Of a DNA stretch of 64,000 nt, positions 1 through 13,432 are shown one piece after another; the first letter of the stretch is position 1; each line of letters opens with the position of its first letter. The DNA comes from Mustelus asterias (Eukaryota). The stretch is from contig NC_135815.1 in the NCBI RefSeq assembly GCF_964213995.1, forward strand, positions 48,670,001 to 48,734,000. The letters run 5' to 3'. A model generated the notes under the pieces. It did no database searches and had not been told where the DNA came from. It saw only the letters and a program-made list of their open reading frames with translations. The position numbers and the translations under genes are program-made.

Positions 1-1339
1 GGTGGTTCAGTATTACCACTGGAGAGTGAACACAGATTTGAACAGTGTAGAAATTAAATAAAAGCTATAAAAGTGAGTAAAACTCTGCATCCACAGTATT
101 TTGCTTTTATTTTAATGTTGAAATTAACCTGCATTTTGGAAAAAAATCAGTCAAAACCAAAAAGGCTATTTTGGAGCCAATGTAGCAAACAACAGGTAGT
201 GACACTTCGCCCAGCAGCTTACAGAGGATGAAATCAGAATTCAGGAGCACCTGAGGCATACAGTTGTTCAGCTTTTTGAACTTGCTGCTTGAATTAATTA
301 CATTGATTTTGCAAGTTCTTTGAGGCTTTTAGTAGTCTCACAACAGAACCCATGCCAACTCTGGGACCACAGTTGCTAGCCAGAATTTGCGGGGGAGGCC
401 ACACAACGGCCCCACAAGATCTCCAAAGCAGACTTAAGGGGTGCAGTGCAGAATATTCCACCCAACTTCCAAACTGAGTAGAATTTCAGGTGGATACTAT
501 AATAGGCAGAAACCCAGCAGATTCAGGTTCCACTAAATTTCCTTGCCTCTTCTCCGAGGGATATGTCTCTTCCCCCAGGCATATTATATCTTATATGTGA
601 ACTGCCCTATCCCAGGGATTTTGGTTCTAATGATTTTAATATATAACACATTTAGCTTTTTTCCTTCAGTAAACCAAATGCTATCATAAACACAAGTTAA
701 CACAAGTTTATCCTAAAAACAAGTTAGCAAAAACACCTTTAGATGATAACAGAGTTCAGTAATATTAACTGCTGCTGGGGCTCTTTTGCATTCACCTTTA
801 GTGGTTCTAATTCTTTGTCTGATTTCCTAAAGATAACTCAGGTTCAACAAACCAGTACAAATTGCTGCTGATGGCAATTTTTAAGATTTGCAACCAGAAT
901 TAACAGTTCCAAAGATTACTTCATATTAACATTTACATTAAGGTTGGCTCCATTGAAAACAGAGCACAGGGGATTATAGTACAATATGGAACCTATTTTT
1001 TCAGGCTTTTAGCCACATCAGTCTCACTAAACTTCATAAGTTGAATGCATCATGAAGATCCATATCCCATGTCCCACAAATGATGTGGCTACAGAAAGTT
1101 ACAGAAAAGGAAGTGGCATTTATATAGAGCTTTACACAACCAAACACTTCACGACCAATTAAGTACTTTTTAAAGTACAGTCACCATTGTAATGTCAGAA
1201 TCTTGTGCCCTCGCCATGGTGGGTTTGTTGCAGAGGATGGGGGTAATTTGTTTTAAATCAGACAGGAAGATGGGGGCCCCGCCATCTTCCAGATTAGATC
1301 CATGGCGAGGCGGCTTATGAATGGCCAACCCACCATTCT

Positions 1340-2385
1340 TTCAGCACCCACTCTGCCAAGTCTCCCATGATCTTATATGGTCCAATAAGATCACCTCTCG
1401 TTCTCCTAAATTCCAATCGATACAAGCCCAACCTTCCTTCATTGGATAACTCCCTCTTCCTAGGAAATCAGTCAAGTGAACCTTCTTTCATGTCCTTTCT
1501 TAAATAAGGAGACCAAAACTGTACACCATATTCTAGACGTGGCCTCACCAATGCCCTGTACATATGTAGCAAAACATCCTGACTTATATTTTCTATTTCC
1601 CTTGCAATAAACAACAAGAACACAAGAAATAGAAGTAGCAGTAGGCCACCTGGCTCTTTAAGCCTACCCCGCCATTCAATACGATCATGATTGATCTATG
1701 CCAGCCTTAACTTCTTTTCTGTGCCATTTCCCCATAGCCCACTATTCCTCGATCTATCGAATATTTATCCGCCTCCACTTTGAATACTTATAATAATCCA
1801 GCCTCCACCACTTTTCGTGGCAGAAAATTTCAGAGATTCACCACCTTCTGCACGAAGAAACTTCTACACACCTCAGTTTTAAATGATCGGCCCTTTATCT
1901 TGTAGATATGTCCCCTTGTTCGAGACTCTCCCACTCGTGAAAACATCTCAGGATGTATCCTGTCAAGCCCCCTCAGGATCTTATATGTTTAAATAAGGTC
2001 ACCCGTCACTCTTATAAACTCCAAGGAATACAGATCCAGACTATTGAGTCTCTTGATAGGAGAACTCTCTCATCCCAGGAATTAGATTGGTGAATCTCTT
2101 TTGGACTGCCTCCAAGGTTACTTTATCCTATTTTAGGTAAGGGTACCAAAACTGTACACAGTATTCTAGGTGAGGCTCACCAATACCCTGTACAATTGCA
2201 ACAAAACCTCCCCAATTTTAAACGCCTTTGCAATAAAGGCCAAAATGCCATTTGCCTTCTTAACTACTTGTTAGACCTAGCTGATTCATGCACTAGAACA
2301 CCTAGATCCCTCTGTACTCCACTCACCTGTAGTCTCTCTCCATTTAGATAATCTGCCTTTTGATTCCTCCCATCAAAGTGCATGT
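1340..2385 (-). mobile_element. Decayed CR1 LINE fragments (two adjacent or nested 3' pieces)
   Basis: Reverse-strand remnants of 'RPHLEYxVQFWSP' and 'RGDLIETYKIL'. ttcttgtgttcttg-type tail near 1615. Confidence 0.75.
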
Positions 2386-2859
2386 TCTCTGATCTCTAAC
2401 TAGTCACTACTTATTTCCTTCTATATTTTGCTTTCAGTACTTGATTTATCTTTAAAATTAATACCCAAACTGACACTTTGTTCAGACTGTATTATTCATT
2501 AACTTAACTGTTTAAGGAGGTAGACAGCGGTTTGCCTTTTCACACAGAGCTCAGATGCCTTTTTAAATGGCTGGCTGACAGGAACTTCTAACAGGGCCAT
2601 TATGCATGCATCTAAAGTTGGACTGCCACATGTGTACTCAATGACACCCTGGGATCATGGGAAGCTAGCAGACATGCAAATACACACGCCAGCTCATTCG
2701 GACTGGCATGACAGCAGAAGAAATCCATAAAATTGCAGGCATGGCAAACAAGTCATTTGTCGTATGCGTTTGTAGGCTGCTTACTGGGATATATTTCACG
2801 AGAGCCCAGAAAAGGATCTAGAGATTAAAAACTGAGGGCAATGGTATCCTTAGCAACCA

Positions 2860-3995
2860 CAGATAGTCCAGCAGAATGGGCAGACAAGTGACATTAATAT
2901 ACAAAACTGCAAGGTGATGCATTTTGGCAGAAGGGTTAGGGAAACAGATTATGGATTTAACCGTACCATTGCAAAGAACATGCAGAGACAGAAAGACCTG
3001 GGGGTTCTTATGATCTTTGAAGACAGTAGAGCATATTGAAAATGCAGAGGTGATGGCATACTGGTACTGTCACTGGACTAGAAATCTAGAGACCCACAGT
3101 AACGGTCTGGGGGCCCAGATTCAAATCCCATATTGGAGGTGGCAAAATGTAAATTCAATAAAAATCTGGAATTAAAAGTGTAATGATGACCATTGTCGAA
3201 TGTCGTTAAAAAAAATCTGGTTCGCTAGTATCCTTCAGGCAAGGAAATCTGCCGTCCTTACCTGGTCTGGCTTATATGGGACAGCAACATGCTTGACTCT
3301 TAAATGCCCTCTGAAATGCCACTCAGTACAAGGTCAACTCGGGATGGACAATAAATGTTGGCCCAGCCAACGACGTCCACATTCCATGATTGAATTTTTT
3401 TAAAAGTTAGCAAAGCATATAGAATCTTAAGCTTTATAAATAAAGTATTGGGTTCAAAAGTACGGTAGCTATGTTTAACTTTTATGAAGCTCTGGTTAGG
3501 CCATAACTAGAGTTCATGGTCTGGTCAACACACTTCAGGAAGGAAGATCCTTGAGAAGGTGCAGAGGAAATTTACCAGAATGGTTCCAGGGAGGAAGGAT
3601 TTTAGTTAGAAGGTTAGGTTGGAGAAACCGGGGTTTTTTTCTGCTTGGAGCAAAACATTTTATTGGGAGATCTGGCAGAGTTGTACAAGATTGTGACAGG
3701 TTTAGATAAAGTAGACAAAGAAAAACTATTCCCATTAGCTAATGGCACAAGGACTAGGGAACAAAGATTTAAAGCTTTGAGCAATCAGTGCTTGGGGGAT
3801 GTAAGGAAGAAGTGTTTTACACAAGTAGTAATGACCTAGAACTCGTCACCAATGAGGGCGATGGAAGTGCAGACAAAGGAAATTGGACAAGCACTTAAGG
3901 ATAATAAACTTGCAGGGCTACAGGGATAGAACAGGGTTGCTCTACAGAGCCAGCATGAAATTGATGGGCAGAACAATCTCCTTCTGTGTTGAAAT
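2860..3995 (+). mobile_element. Decayed CR1 3' region interrupted by a SINE
   Basis: GDLAELYKIVTGLDKVDKEKLFPL...TRTREQRFK resembles the CR1 ORF2 C-terminus. Confidence 0.75.
3048..3403 (+). mobile_element. tRNA-derived SINE with a LINE-derived tail (second shark SINE family)
   Basis: A/B-box-like head (tggcatactggta...ttcaaatccc) and tail gggatggacaataaatgttggcccagccaacgacgtccacattccatga. Confidence 0.65.
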
Positions 3996-5369
3996 GGCTG
4001 TATGGTAACACATGACCACCAGGTATGTCCAACAGGCAACAAGTCCAAGACACTGCGTTTGTTTGCCACAAGCTGTCTCGACAATCTCAGCCTCCAGAAA
4101 AGCTGCTGTTTGAACACATCAAGGAAACACAGCCTCTTCTTATATACTTTAATGCAGGTAATGTCTGCAGTGAGCTGCTGCCCACTTTGTTTTCTAGCTA
4201 CAGGTCTTTCAACAGTATGGTAATGCTGGTCCTATCTGAGCCAGCCCAGGAACCAGCTATCCTGCTGTAATGCAGAAGTCCTCCAAATTGTAGAAAATAA
4301 ACTTGCAGCAAAAGTATTGTGAACAAATCCTTTCCCCCAGCACTAGAATCCAAGACTTCCACCCAAGTGGTTCCAAATAAATAACCAAAAGAGAAAATGC
4401 TGGAAAATCTCAGCAGATCTGGCAGCATCTATAAGGAGAGAAAAGAGCTGAGGTTCAGTCCAGATGACCCTTTGTCAAAGCTGAAGTGGTTCCAAACTCC
4501 ACTCTCGAAAAAATTACACCCTGGAATCTTCTCTCCAAACAACTCTTTCTCTCAGATGCTTTCACCAAAGATCCACTTCCAAAGATTTCAATCTCTCCTT
4601 TCAGTACTCCTCTGCCTTGGATTGCCACATGCATTCAAGATTGCACACAACCTCTCAGGTACCCAACCATGCCAACACATTGCTTCACAGGCTGTATTAA
4701 GGTGTCACCAAATGTTTGATTTACCTGAGATGTTTAGCTTTTTACTTCTTGAGCTGTCTCTTTAACTCTCAGCACCCCTGAACAGGATCTTGTTCAACTT
4801 CTTGTTCCTTTAACTTAACCGTCTTCCTGGTTTTGGGACTTTGTGTCCTTTTGCGCAGTCTGCTTTGTGCAACTCCCTGGTCCTGTCCAGCTGCTTCTGG
4901 GTCCAGTTTAAAATCTAAATCAAAAAAGTGTTCTTCTAACCTAGGGTGGCCCCTGATTGCTAAGCAATCAAACTCGGTTTGTTTTCACGCCATAAACCCT
5001 TTAATTACAATACAGATACAGTTTGAAATTAAACCAAAACCCACAGACATGCACGCACATTTGTTTAACTCAACTCAAGCTAACTGAAGTTTTAGCCCTT
5101 TCTTACACAGAAACACAACATTAAACTTAAAGCTACACCTTGTTTCTAATACCTCCAAATACAGATTACTTAAAACTAACTCTGTTTCCTGACATAAGGA
5201 CTGAGCCACTTTAACTCACATTGAAATTACATAATTTTGGAGACTGAAATGCAATAATCTCATTAGAGGACAGCAATGCAAACAGTGCAACTGGAATTCC
5301 AAAATAGCCAATTCTAAAATTACCAGAATTATTGCAATTGACGGAAGTATTAAGATTCGGAACAATTAC

Positions 5370-5505
5370 CATGTTGTAGAAGAACTCTCACACTCTCCAG
5401 CTTCCCATACTGAGCAGCAAGAAACAAAGGTGTAATTCCATAATCATCCTTGGCTTCTTTATCAGCACCTTTTTCAAGCAAGAACATCAATATTTCTACG
5501 TGTTC
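5370..5505 (-). CDS. ASB3: ASB3 coding exon 4; gene continues beyond the left edge of the window
   Basis: [45 protein letters not shown](G). tgcag| acceptor, G|GTAATT donor. 136 nt. Confidence 0.95.
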
Positions 5506-6342
5506 CTGCAAAACATTATAATTCAAAGTTTTAGACATGATTCTTCCAAAGTTAACTAAGGTCAGAACCTGTCCAAGTTAATGTGAAAACTAGTTTGACA
5601 ATTCACTGGAATCATCCAGTTTAATTACCGGTTATAAGTCTAAATGTTTCCGTCAATGGCAGTCCAGGAAAGGTTTGCCCAGCTGCTCAAAAGGGAGATT
5701 ACAAAGTAGGTAATTTTATGAAATACACATGGAGTGCAGAAGTCAAGTCCAGTTTGACTGATGATAGGGAAAATGCGTAAGAGATTGATACCCTGACCAG
5801 GGCACCAGTCAAATTCCAGACCCCATCCCCTTAAATAGTTGTCAAGGCACCATCTTTGCCGAGAAGTTAATTACACCTAAATTCAGTTCACCAAACTTTC
5901 TTACAGCAACCAGATTTTATTGGCATTTGCACAATCGGCTTTCCCTCAGGATCACACAAGCCAAGTGAACAAATTAACCTTTTCTAACAGATTACTAAAA
6001 AAGTCAGACAACAAAGTCATGAACAATTGCTTATTAACCTTAAAGTCATATTTAGCAGCATTTTAAATTAAACATTAATAGATAGGGTTAAATGACAAAA
6101 ATCAATAAGAGATTACAATGCAAGTTCAGTGATGCCACAATAATTCAGCGTTAACTTTTTACAGATTATAAATTTACAATAGTGACCAATATCCAAAATT
6201 GATACAAATTAGTGAGATTAATTTAGGATTCAGATAGTAAACTAGTCAGGAACATTAAATAGCTGTTCTATGAAGTAGATTGACGTCCATTTGCTTGTAT
6301 TTTGCAATGTTTCCAGAACCTGTATGACTTAGTCCTTATAAA

Positions 6343-6725
6343 ACCATAGACATAAGAGCAGAAGTAGGCCATTCAGCCCATAAAGCCTGCTGTATCATTC
6401 AATGAGGTCATGATTGATCTGAAATGATCATCCTCAGCTCCACATTCCCTCCTTATCCTCATAACCCTTGATTCCTTTACTGATTAAAAATCTGTCTATC
6501 ACAGCCTTAAACATTCCCAACAACCCAGCCTTTACAGCCCTCTGCAGTAATGAATTCCAAAGAATAACCACCCTCAGAAAAAATTCCTCCTCATCTCTGT
6601 CTTAATGTGCAACTTCTTACTCTGAGATTGTGTCCTCTGGACCTTAACTCTCCCACAAGAGGAAACATCCTCTCAGCAGCTACTCTGTAATGCCCCGAGA
6701 ATCTGATATGTCTCAATTAGATCAC
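6343..6725 (-). mobile_element. CR1 3' tail fragment
   Basis: Typical 3'UTR (cataagagcagaagtaggccattcagccc) and ORF2-end remnants. Confidence 0.7.
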
Positions 6726-6730
6726 CCTAA

Positions 6731-6953
6731 GGGCAGCACGGTGGCACACTGGCTAGCACTGGTTAGCACCCAGAGACCCGGGTTTGATTCCCGGCTTAGG
6801 TCACTGTCTGTGCCGAGTCTGTACATTCTCCCCATGTCTGTGTGGGTTTCCTTCAGGTGCTCCGGTTTCCTTTCACACCCCGAAAGACGTGTTGGTTAGG
6901 TGCACTGGCCATGCTAAGTTCTCCCGAACAGGCGTCGGAGTATGGCGACTAGG
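6731..6953 (+). mobile_element. HE1/V-SINE family SINE
   Basis: tRNA-like head gggcagcacggtggcac...ccgggtttgattcccgg and V-domain gtgggtttcc...gtgctccggtttcc. Confidence 0.85.
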
Positions 6954-7169
6954 AGGTAAAAGTGAGTTCTCAGGAATACCTGTCAGAATGCTAAATCAAA
7001 TATGGTTGAAACGAGACTTTTCAGTTCAAATGATTCTACACATTTAAAATAAAGGTATTCTGTATACTTTCCACTGCAAGAAACTTAGATCATACATTTG
7101 AAAAGTGAATGTAGTTGCATTAAGAACCAAAGTGAAAATATACTGTTAATGAATTTTACAAAAATATTA

Positions 7170-7382
7170 CATAGAACATAGAAAGCCACAGCACAAACAG
7201 GCCCTTCGGCCCACAAATTGCACCGATCACATCCCCACCTCTAGGCCTATCTATAGCCCTCAATCCCATTAAATCCCATGTACTCATCCAGAAGTCTCTT
7301 AAAAGACCCCAACGAGTTTGCCTCCACCACCACCGACGTCAGCCGATTCCACTCACCCACCACCCTCTGAGTGAAAAACTCA
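7170..7382 (-). mobile_element. CR1 3' end
   Basis: catagaacatagaa tail and ggcccttcggccc hairpin. Similar to 13020-13110. Confidence 0.8.
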
Positions 7383-8559
7383 AGAGTTTTGATGACATCA
7401 TGTTATCAGTGGCTTATTATTGGATCCTTTCTACGAATTAGTCAATATCAACCACTGACTAATAGAAGAGTTATCGGAATAAGTTTTACTTCTTCTATCA
7501 TTTCCCACCTCACTGGGCATTTCAGTAATTGACGTCAGGTCATTTTTCTTTCATCTACTATCAATTATTAATCTTAATTGGATGAAGATGGCATGTTCCC
7601 CATCCCTTGTGACCTTATGATAAAAGAAAAGCCATTTAATGAGGCAAGTAGTGGAGCCAGAGTCACAGCACTGAGTAACTTCTACAGCAATGCCACAAAA
7701 CAGAGATGGTTAGCCTTCAACAACCACCACCATCTTCCAGGACCAGGCATAACTCCCAACAACTGGAGAGTTTCTCCCTGATCCTCAATGGCTTTAGTTT
7801 TATCCAAGCTCCTTCATGTTTCTAAAGGTTAGGCACTCTCATCACACCTCTGGAATTCAGCACTTTTGTCTATGTTCCAACAAAGTTCAAATGACAGAAC
7901 TTAGACTGCACCAGTGAGCAGGTTAACAGTGATTAAGTGCCATGACTATTACGTCACTGAGGACTCTTTTGATCATTTTGCTATCAATTGAAAATAGGCC
8001 AATAAATTGGAAATTATTTGAGAAATTAGACAATAGGACACAACTGAGCAATTTTCTACAATGTTGGATAGATGCCACTGCTACTGGAACTGCTAAGCTA
8101 GGGGCACAGCGAGTTCTGGAGAACTAGTCTTCAAAATTATTGGGACCTTACAACCTTTGCTGTTTCTGAACACCCAGCTTCAGTGTTTCTTGACTGAAGG
8201 CTAAAGACCTTAGAAGGAGGCTCGATGGATCATCTATCTGGCCCTTTTGGCTGAAGATAGTGCAAATATTTCAGCCTCATTTTTTGCACTCATGATGGTC
8301 TCTCCTGTTTCTCATTGCCCACAAGGAAACCTTCTAAAAACAACTTACCTTTGATGTGTGCTTCGAGGTTAACTTTTCGTTCACATCCTGATGAGACCGG
8401 CATTGGCACAAAACATGGCTATCCAGAATTAAATTTAGTCAGGATCTGAACAATGTCATTAGGCCCTGACTTTTAAGTTTTAGAAAGGTTCTTGCCTGGC
8501 GGATCACTGGCTGGCTAGAACCGTTAGGCTGGTTGTTAAAATGGCGAGCAGTGCAAAAT

Positions 8560-8898
8560 TATAGAATCCCTACAGTGCAGAAAGAGGCCATTTGGCCCAT
8601 CGAGTCTGCACCGACCACAATCCCACCCAGGCCCTAACCCCATATCCCTACATATTTACCCACCAATCCCTCTAACCTACGCATCTCAGGACACTAAGGG
8701 ACAATTTTAGCACGGCCAATCAACCTAACCCGCACATTTTTGGACTGTGGGAGGAAACCGGAGCACCTGGAGGAAACCCACGCAGACACGAGGAGAATGT
8801 GCAAACTCCGCACAGGCAGTGACCCAAGCTGGGAACCGAACCCAGGTCCCTGGAGCTGTGAAGCAGCAGTGCTAACCACTGTGCTACCGTGCTGTCCC
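8560..8898 (-). mobile_element. HE1/V-SINE family SINE, full length
   Basis: Complete tRNA head, V-domain and CR1-derived tail. Confidence 0.9.
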
Positions 8899-9294
8899 AA
8901 AATTAGCATAGAACAGATGAATAATTCACTTCTCGGTACCTTAAGCGTAAAGGTAGCCTGTCATATACATAAAAGGTAGTAGCCAATGGCAGCAGGTACA
9001 TGTGATACATAGGGACACTAACGTCTCCAGGTTCACCTTTCAAGTTACACACCACTCAGATGTGGACATATATCACCATTTCTTCATCGCTGGGTAAAAG
9101 GTTCCTGCAACTCCATATCCAACACCATTGAGTGAGCATCACCACCATCAGCAATTCTAGAAAACTCAACATTACCATCTTGTCACGGTGGACACATAAA
9201 ATCAATACATTACGCTAAAATTCATGTCAATGTTAACTGGACATCAAAACTTGCCCTCTTTCCCCAAGGAGACAGACAATGAATGCCACAGTAC

Positions 9295-9407
9295 CTGATA
9301 AGCTGCCTGATGCAGAACACTCCATAAACACGCAGAATGGGGTCCATTAATTCTTGCTCCATGTCTTAGAAGTGTCCTTGCAACAGCAATGTGGCCTTTC
9401 TCAATGG
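9295..9407 (-). CDS. ASB3: ASB3 coding exon 3 (not in the ORF track)
   Basis: Hand translation gives (A)IEKGHIAVARTLLRHGARINGPHSACLWSVLHQAAYQ. Pyrimidine tract plus gaag| acceptor, CAG|GTACTG donor. 113 nt, phase 1 to 0. Confidence 0.93.
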
Positions 9408-9956
9408 CTTCAAAGATGGAAAAATTGAAACAATCAAACTTTCTCTTCCAACATATTGAAACACTACATAGTAGCGTTTAAGACTGTAGTCATATTAATA
9501 ATAGAAAATAAACAGATTCAATTTAAATACTGATTACAAGCCAAGAATTAACTGGAAACCTGTCAAGTTGAAAAATCAATCCAAGGATAAAATGAAGGCT
9601 CTATGCCCAAAAACTAATTATAACCCTTGACAGCTTCTTCTGATTTTGTGGGCGGATACCTTCATAATTGTAAATAAATTGTTTATAGAATCTGCCACTT
9701 TATTTTTAGAATAGATCTACAACTCATCTGCCACGAGAGCGCACTTCACAGAGAGTATTTTTATTGCTAACTGATTGCACTGGCACATCCTATTCTTACC
9801 CAGAAGCTTATGCTGTGCAGCCCTGGCAGCAAAAAGACCAAGGAGAGACACGTGAATGTGAGAAAATGCAAAATTGATTTCAAAATGTGCTTATCAGTTA
9901 TCTAATGATCAGTAATGTTTCTGTGGGAAGAAAGCAGCTCTGTTTTCTTAATCCTA

Positions 9957-10107
9957 ATGTGGAGATGCCGGCGTTGGACTGGGGTAAACACAGTAAGAGT
10001 TTTAACAATACCAGGTTAAAGTCCAACAGGTTTATTTGGTAGCAAATGCCATTTGCTACCAAATAAACCTGTTGGACTTTAACCTGGTGCTGTTAAAACT
10101 CTTACTG
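9957..10107. mobile_element. Miniature palindromic Penelope pLTR-end insertion
   Basis: Same terminus as the 13.9 kb element. 58-nt arms at 9991-10048 and 10050-10107. TSD TTCTTAATCCTA at 9945-9956 and 10108-10119. Confidence 0.9.
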
Positions 10108-10496
10108 TTCTTAATCCTATGCAGATTTGGGATCCCTAAGCTTTGGTTCCACCAACCACCACCTGGGATCTCTGGATTAAGGTAAACTGTGATGTTTTTA
10201 CTAGGAGAAAGTGTTTCTGTACTTGTGTAAATTTCTCAGTAGCTTGGATTCAAATATGGTGGAGGGATAAGATTCAACAACATCAAACATCCAGTTGATG
10301 AAAGAAAAATTAAGCAACGTTAAAAATACTAGTGTTGGGGCTTTAAATGACCAAGAGGAAAGAGACCACATGTAGTGCCATCCAACAGTCATGACATGAG
10401 CATTCAATGAGTTTCATTCAGGCCTATTGAGGCTAGTTTTTACAGTGCGTGCAGAAGCTTAAATGAAAAATTCAATTTTGTCTATGCACAAAAATT

Positions 10497-10775
10497 GTAC
10501 AGTGGCACAGTGCTGCCTCACAGTGCCAGGGACCCGGGTTCGATTCCCAGCTTGGGTCACTGGCTGTGCGGAGTCTGCACGTTCTCCCCGTGGGTTTCCT
10601 CCAGGTGCTCCGGTTTCCTCCCATAGTCCGTTGCTGGTTAGGTGCATTGACCATGCTAAATTCTCCCTCAGTGTCCCCAAACAGATGCCAGAGTGTGGTG
10701 ACTAGGGGATTTTCACAGTAACTTTATTGCAGTGTTAATGTAAGCCTACTTGCGACACTAATGAATAAAAAAAAC
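10497..10775 (+). mobile_element. HE1/V-SINE family SINE (alternative A-rich tail)
   Basis: gggacccgggttcgattcccagc B-box and V-domain. Tail is shared with 47350-47640. Confidence 0.85.
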
Positions 10776-11531
10776 TAAGGACAACCCTCGCCACAGCTGT
10801 GATCAGATTAAGCAGTGTTCTGAGCCTTGACTAGTTGTTTAAAGAAACAAACATTCACAGCCAGCTTTCCAGCCAGTTAGAGGATTAAAGTTTATGCTGC
10901 TCTCATCTCCAAAGTGGTCAGGGGAGCTAAAGAAATTGAACTTCTTTAAACTTAATGAAAAATACAAATAACAGATATAGAACTAACATAACAAATCATT
11001 CAAATCCATTTAAAGCAAAATGGTATAGTAACTTCAGGCAAGTGGGCAGATGCACACACAGTACTAAATGTTCTAAAACTGCAGTCTGAGTTGAAGGTCT
11101 GTCAATAGCGTGAAAAAAGCAGCTCACTATCTGTCTCACTGTTGAAACACAACTATTGTGTACATTCAATGTATTTGCATTAAACTCACAGAAAATCAAA
11201 TCTTATCATGATGTTGAAAAGGACTGAAATTGACAAGTGTCAATGACTGATATACAACCAAATTGGCACTGAAAATTAACTACTACATCAGTCCTCGAAG
11301 TAGTAATCATGGAGATTTACAAAAAAAATCAATTATTTTAAACTTAACCTTTTCTACATTTATTTTGCCAATTTCTTCTCTCTTAATCTGACCTTTCTTT
11401 TCTCTATTTACACTTTCTGTACCAGAACTGACATTGAATTCACCCAAGGGCTAGTCTAACTAACAACAGACGCTGTTAGATGCCCTACGACAGAAAACTA
11501 TGGCCTAAAATATATATTTCCAGTACCTTAC

Positions 11532-11690
11532 CTAAAAAAAGTGGTGTTATGTTTTCATTAGTTTTGGCATTTGGATCTGCCCCAGCCTTTAGCAGAATCT
11601 GAACAATTTTTAAATGGCCACATTTGGCAGCGAGATGTAGCGCCGTTTCGCCTTCGAAAGTCTTTAATTCAATGCATGGAGTTGACGAAG
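11532..11690 (-). CDS. ASB3: ASB3 coding exon 2 (ankyrin repeats)
   Basis: (A)[52 protein letters not shown]. ctag| acceptor and G|GTAAG donor. 159 nt keeps phase 1. Confidence 0.95.
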
Positions 11691-12419
11691 CTAGAGGAAT
11701 ATAAAAAATAGCAACTTCCATTAAAGATGGCTCTTCAAATGTTCACACAACTTTCTCTAGTTCTTTGTTCTCTCTTGCCCATTTCCTTCATTTTTCTACA
11801 TCCTCTGCTTCCTGTTGCACGTCCATCCATCCCACACCACCCCCACCCACCCCACTGTCCAATTTCACATCTCAACAAGCTAGAGGCACTCATGCAACTC
11901 TGCTGCTGTGTTCTAGAACAGTTAAGAAGCATTCATGTTGGACCGTCATATGAGTGAGCAGGCAGATAAGTAGATTGTTCAGAAGGTAATTAGGAAAACG
12001 CAGAAAAGGGAACAGTAGAGTGGATAACACCCCAGGTTGACAGGTAAAAAAATAGAACAGCTTTGCAACTTGACATAGACTAATAAACTTGGGCTGTTCT
12101 GACCCAGCCAGAGTTATTGCCGACACTCTGCAAACCCCTACCCAACTCTTGCCAACCTTTCCTATTTTTAGTTGTTCTCCTTCATAATTCTAACTACAGT
12201 TAGTTTACAGCACAAGAATCAAATATCAGTCAGCAGATGAGACAACTGAAAAACATCTTGCATTGATATGGTAATTTCAAACGAAGATAGAGCTTTCATT
12301 GCTATGCTAATTTGAATATAAATAAACATCCCAAGCTGCTTCACAACAAGGCATGATATTGAGTCAGGAAGAAAAAAATTAAAAGGGTTGACAGAAAACT
12401 TGACAATTTTTTTATTTGT

Positions 12420-12960
12420 TCATGAAACGTAGGCATCACCTACTGTGCCCAATTCTGGTCACCACACTACCAGAAAGACGCGGAGGCTTTGGAGGGAGTA
12501 CAGAAAAGGTTTACCAGGATTGTCTGGTAATGGAGGTTATTAGCTATGGGGAAAGATTGAATAAACTGGGATTGTTCTCCATGAAAAGACGGAGGCTGAG
12601 GGGCGACCTGATAGAAGTTTATAAAATTACGAGGGGCATGGATAAGGTGAACAGTTGCAATCTTTTTCCCAGGGCAGAAATGATAATCACAAGGGGGCAC
12701 AAGTTCAAGGTAAGGGAGGAATGGTTCAGTAGAGATGTGCAGGGGAAGTTTTTGTTTACACACAGGGTGGTGGGGGCCTGGAATGCACTGCCAAGTGAGT
12801 TGGCTGAGGCAGATACGTTTGCGACATTCAAGACTTATCTGGATAAACACATGTACGGGGGGGCGGGGGGGGTATAGAGGGATGTAGGCGGTTGGTCTAG
12901 ATAGGACAACGTGATTGGCGCAGGCTTGGTGGGCTGAAGGGCCTGTTGCTGTGCTGTACT
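12420..12960 (+). mobile_element. CR1 3' end
   Basis: YGERLNKLGLFSMKRRRLRGDLIEVYKI...TRGHKFKV...RVVGAWNALP. Confidence 0.9.
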
Positions 12961-12989
12961 AATAACCCTCTATCTTACCAATAACCCTC

Positions 12990-13432
12990 TATCTTACTAA
13001 CTTCCATGAACTTATCCAAAAGTCTCTTAAAAGACCCTATCAAATCCGCCTCCACCATCACTACCGGCAGCCGATCCACGCACCCACCACCCTCTGAGTG
13101 AAAAATTTACCCCTAACATCTCCTCTGTACCTACTCCCCAGCACCCTAAACCTGTGACCTCTTGTGGCAACCATTCCAGCCCTGGGTAAAAGCCTCTGAG
13201 AATCCACTCTATCAATACCCCTCAACATCTTATACACCTCTATCAGGTCACCTCTCATCCTTCACCTCTCCAAGGAGAAAAGACCTAGCTCTCTCAACCT
13301 ATCCTCATAAGGCATGCCACCTAATCCAGGCAACATCCTTGTAAATCTCCTCTGCTCCCGTTCTATGGCTTCCACATCCTTTCTGTAATGAGGCAACCAG
13401 AACTGGGCACAGTTCTCCAGGTGGGGTCTGAC
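12990..13432 (-). mobile_element. CR1 3' fragment, tail-to-tail with the preceding copy
   Basis: RGDLIEVYKMLRGIDRVDSQRLLPR...TRGHRF...FFTQRVVG. Confidence 0.9.

Noticed and set aside
3999-5193. Possible solo LTR (TGTCAGG... start on the minus strand) with several 70-120 aa ORFs
   Set aside because: No partner LTR, TSD or protein motif could be confirmed, and the ORFs look non-coding.
1-5369. Further ASB3 exons
   Set aside because: No ankyrin-like translation with splice sites was found; the next exon presumably lies outside the window.
8380-8420. CTGATGAG...CAAAAC hammerhead-like string
   Set aside because: The GAAA box is missing, and there is no convincing stem II or PLE context.
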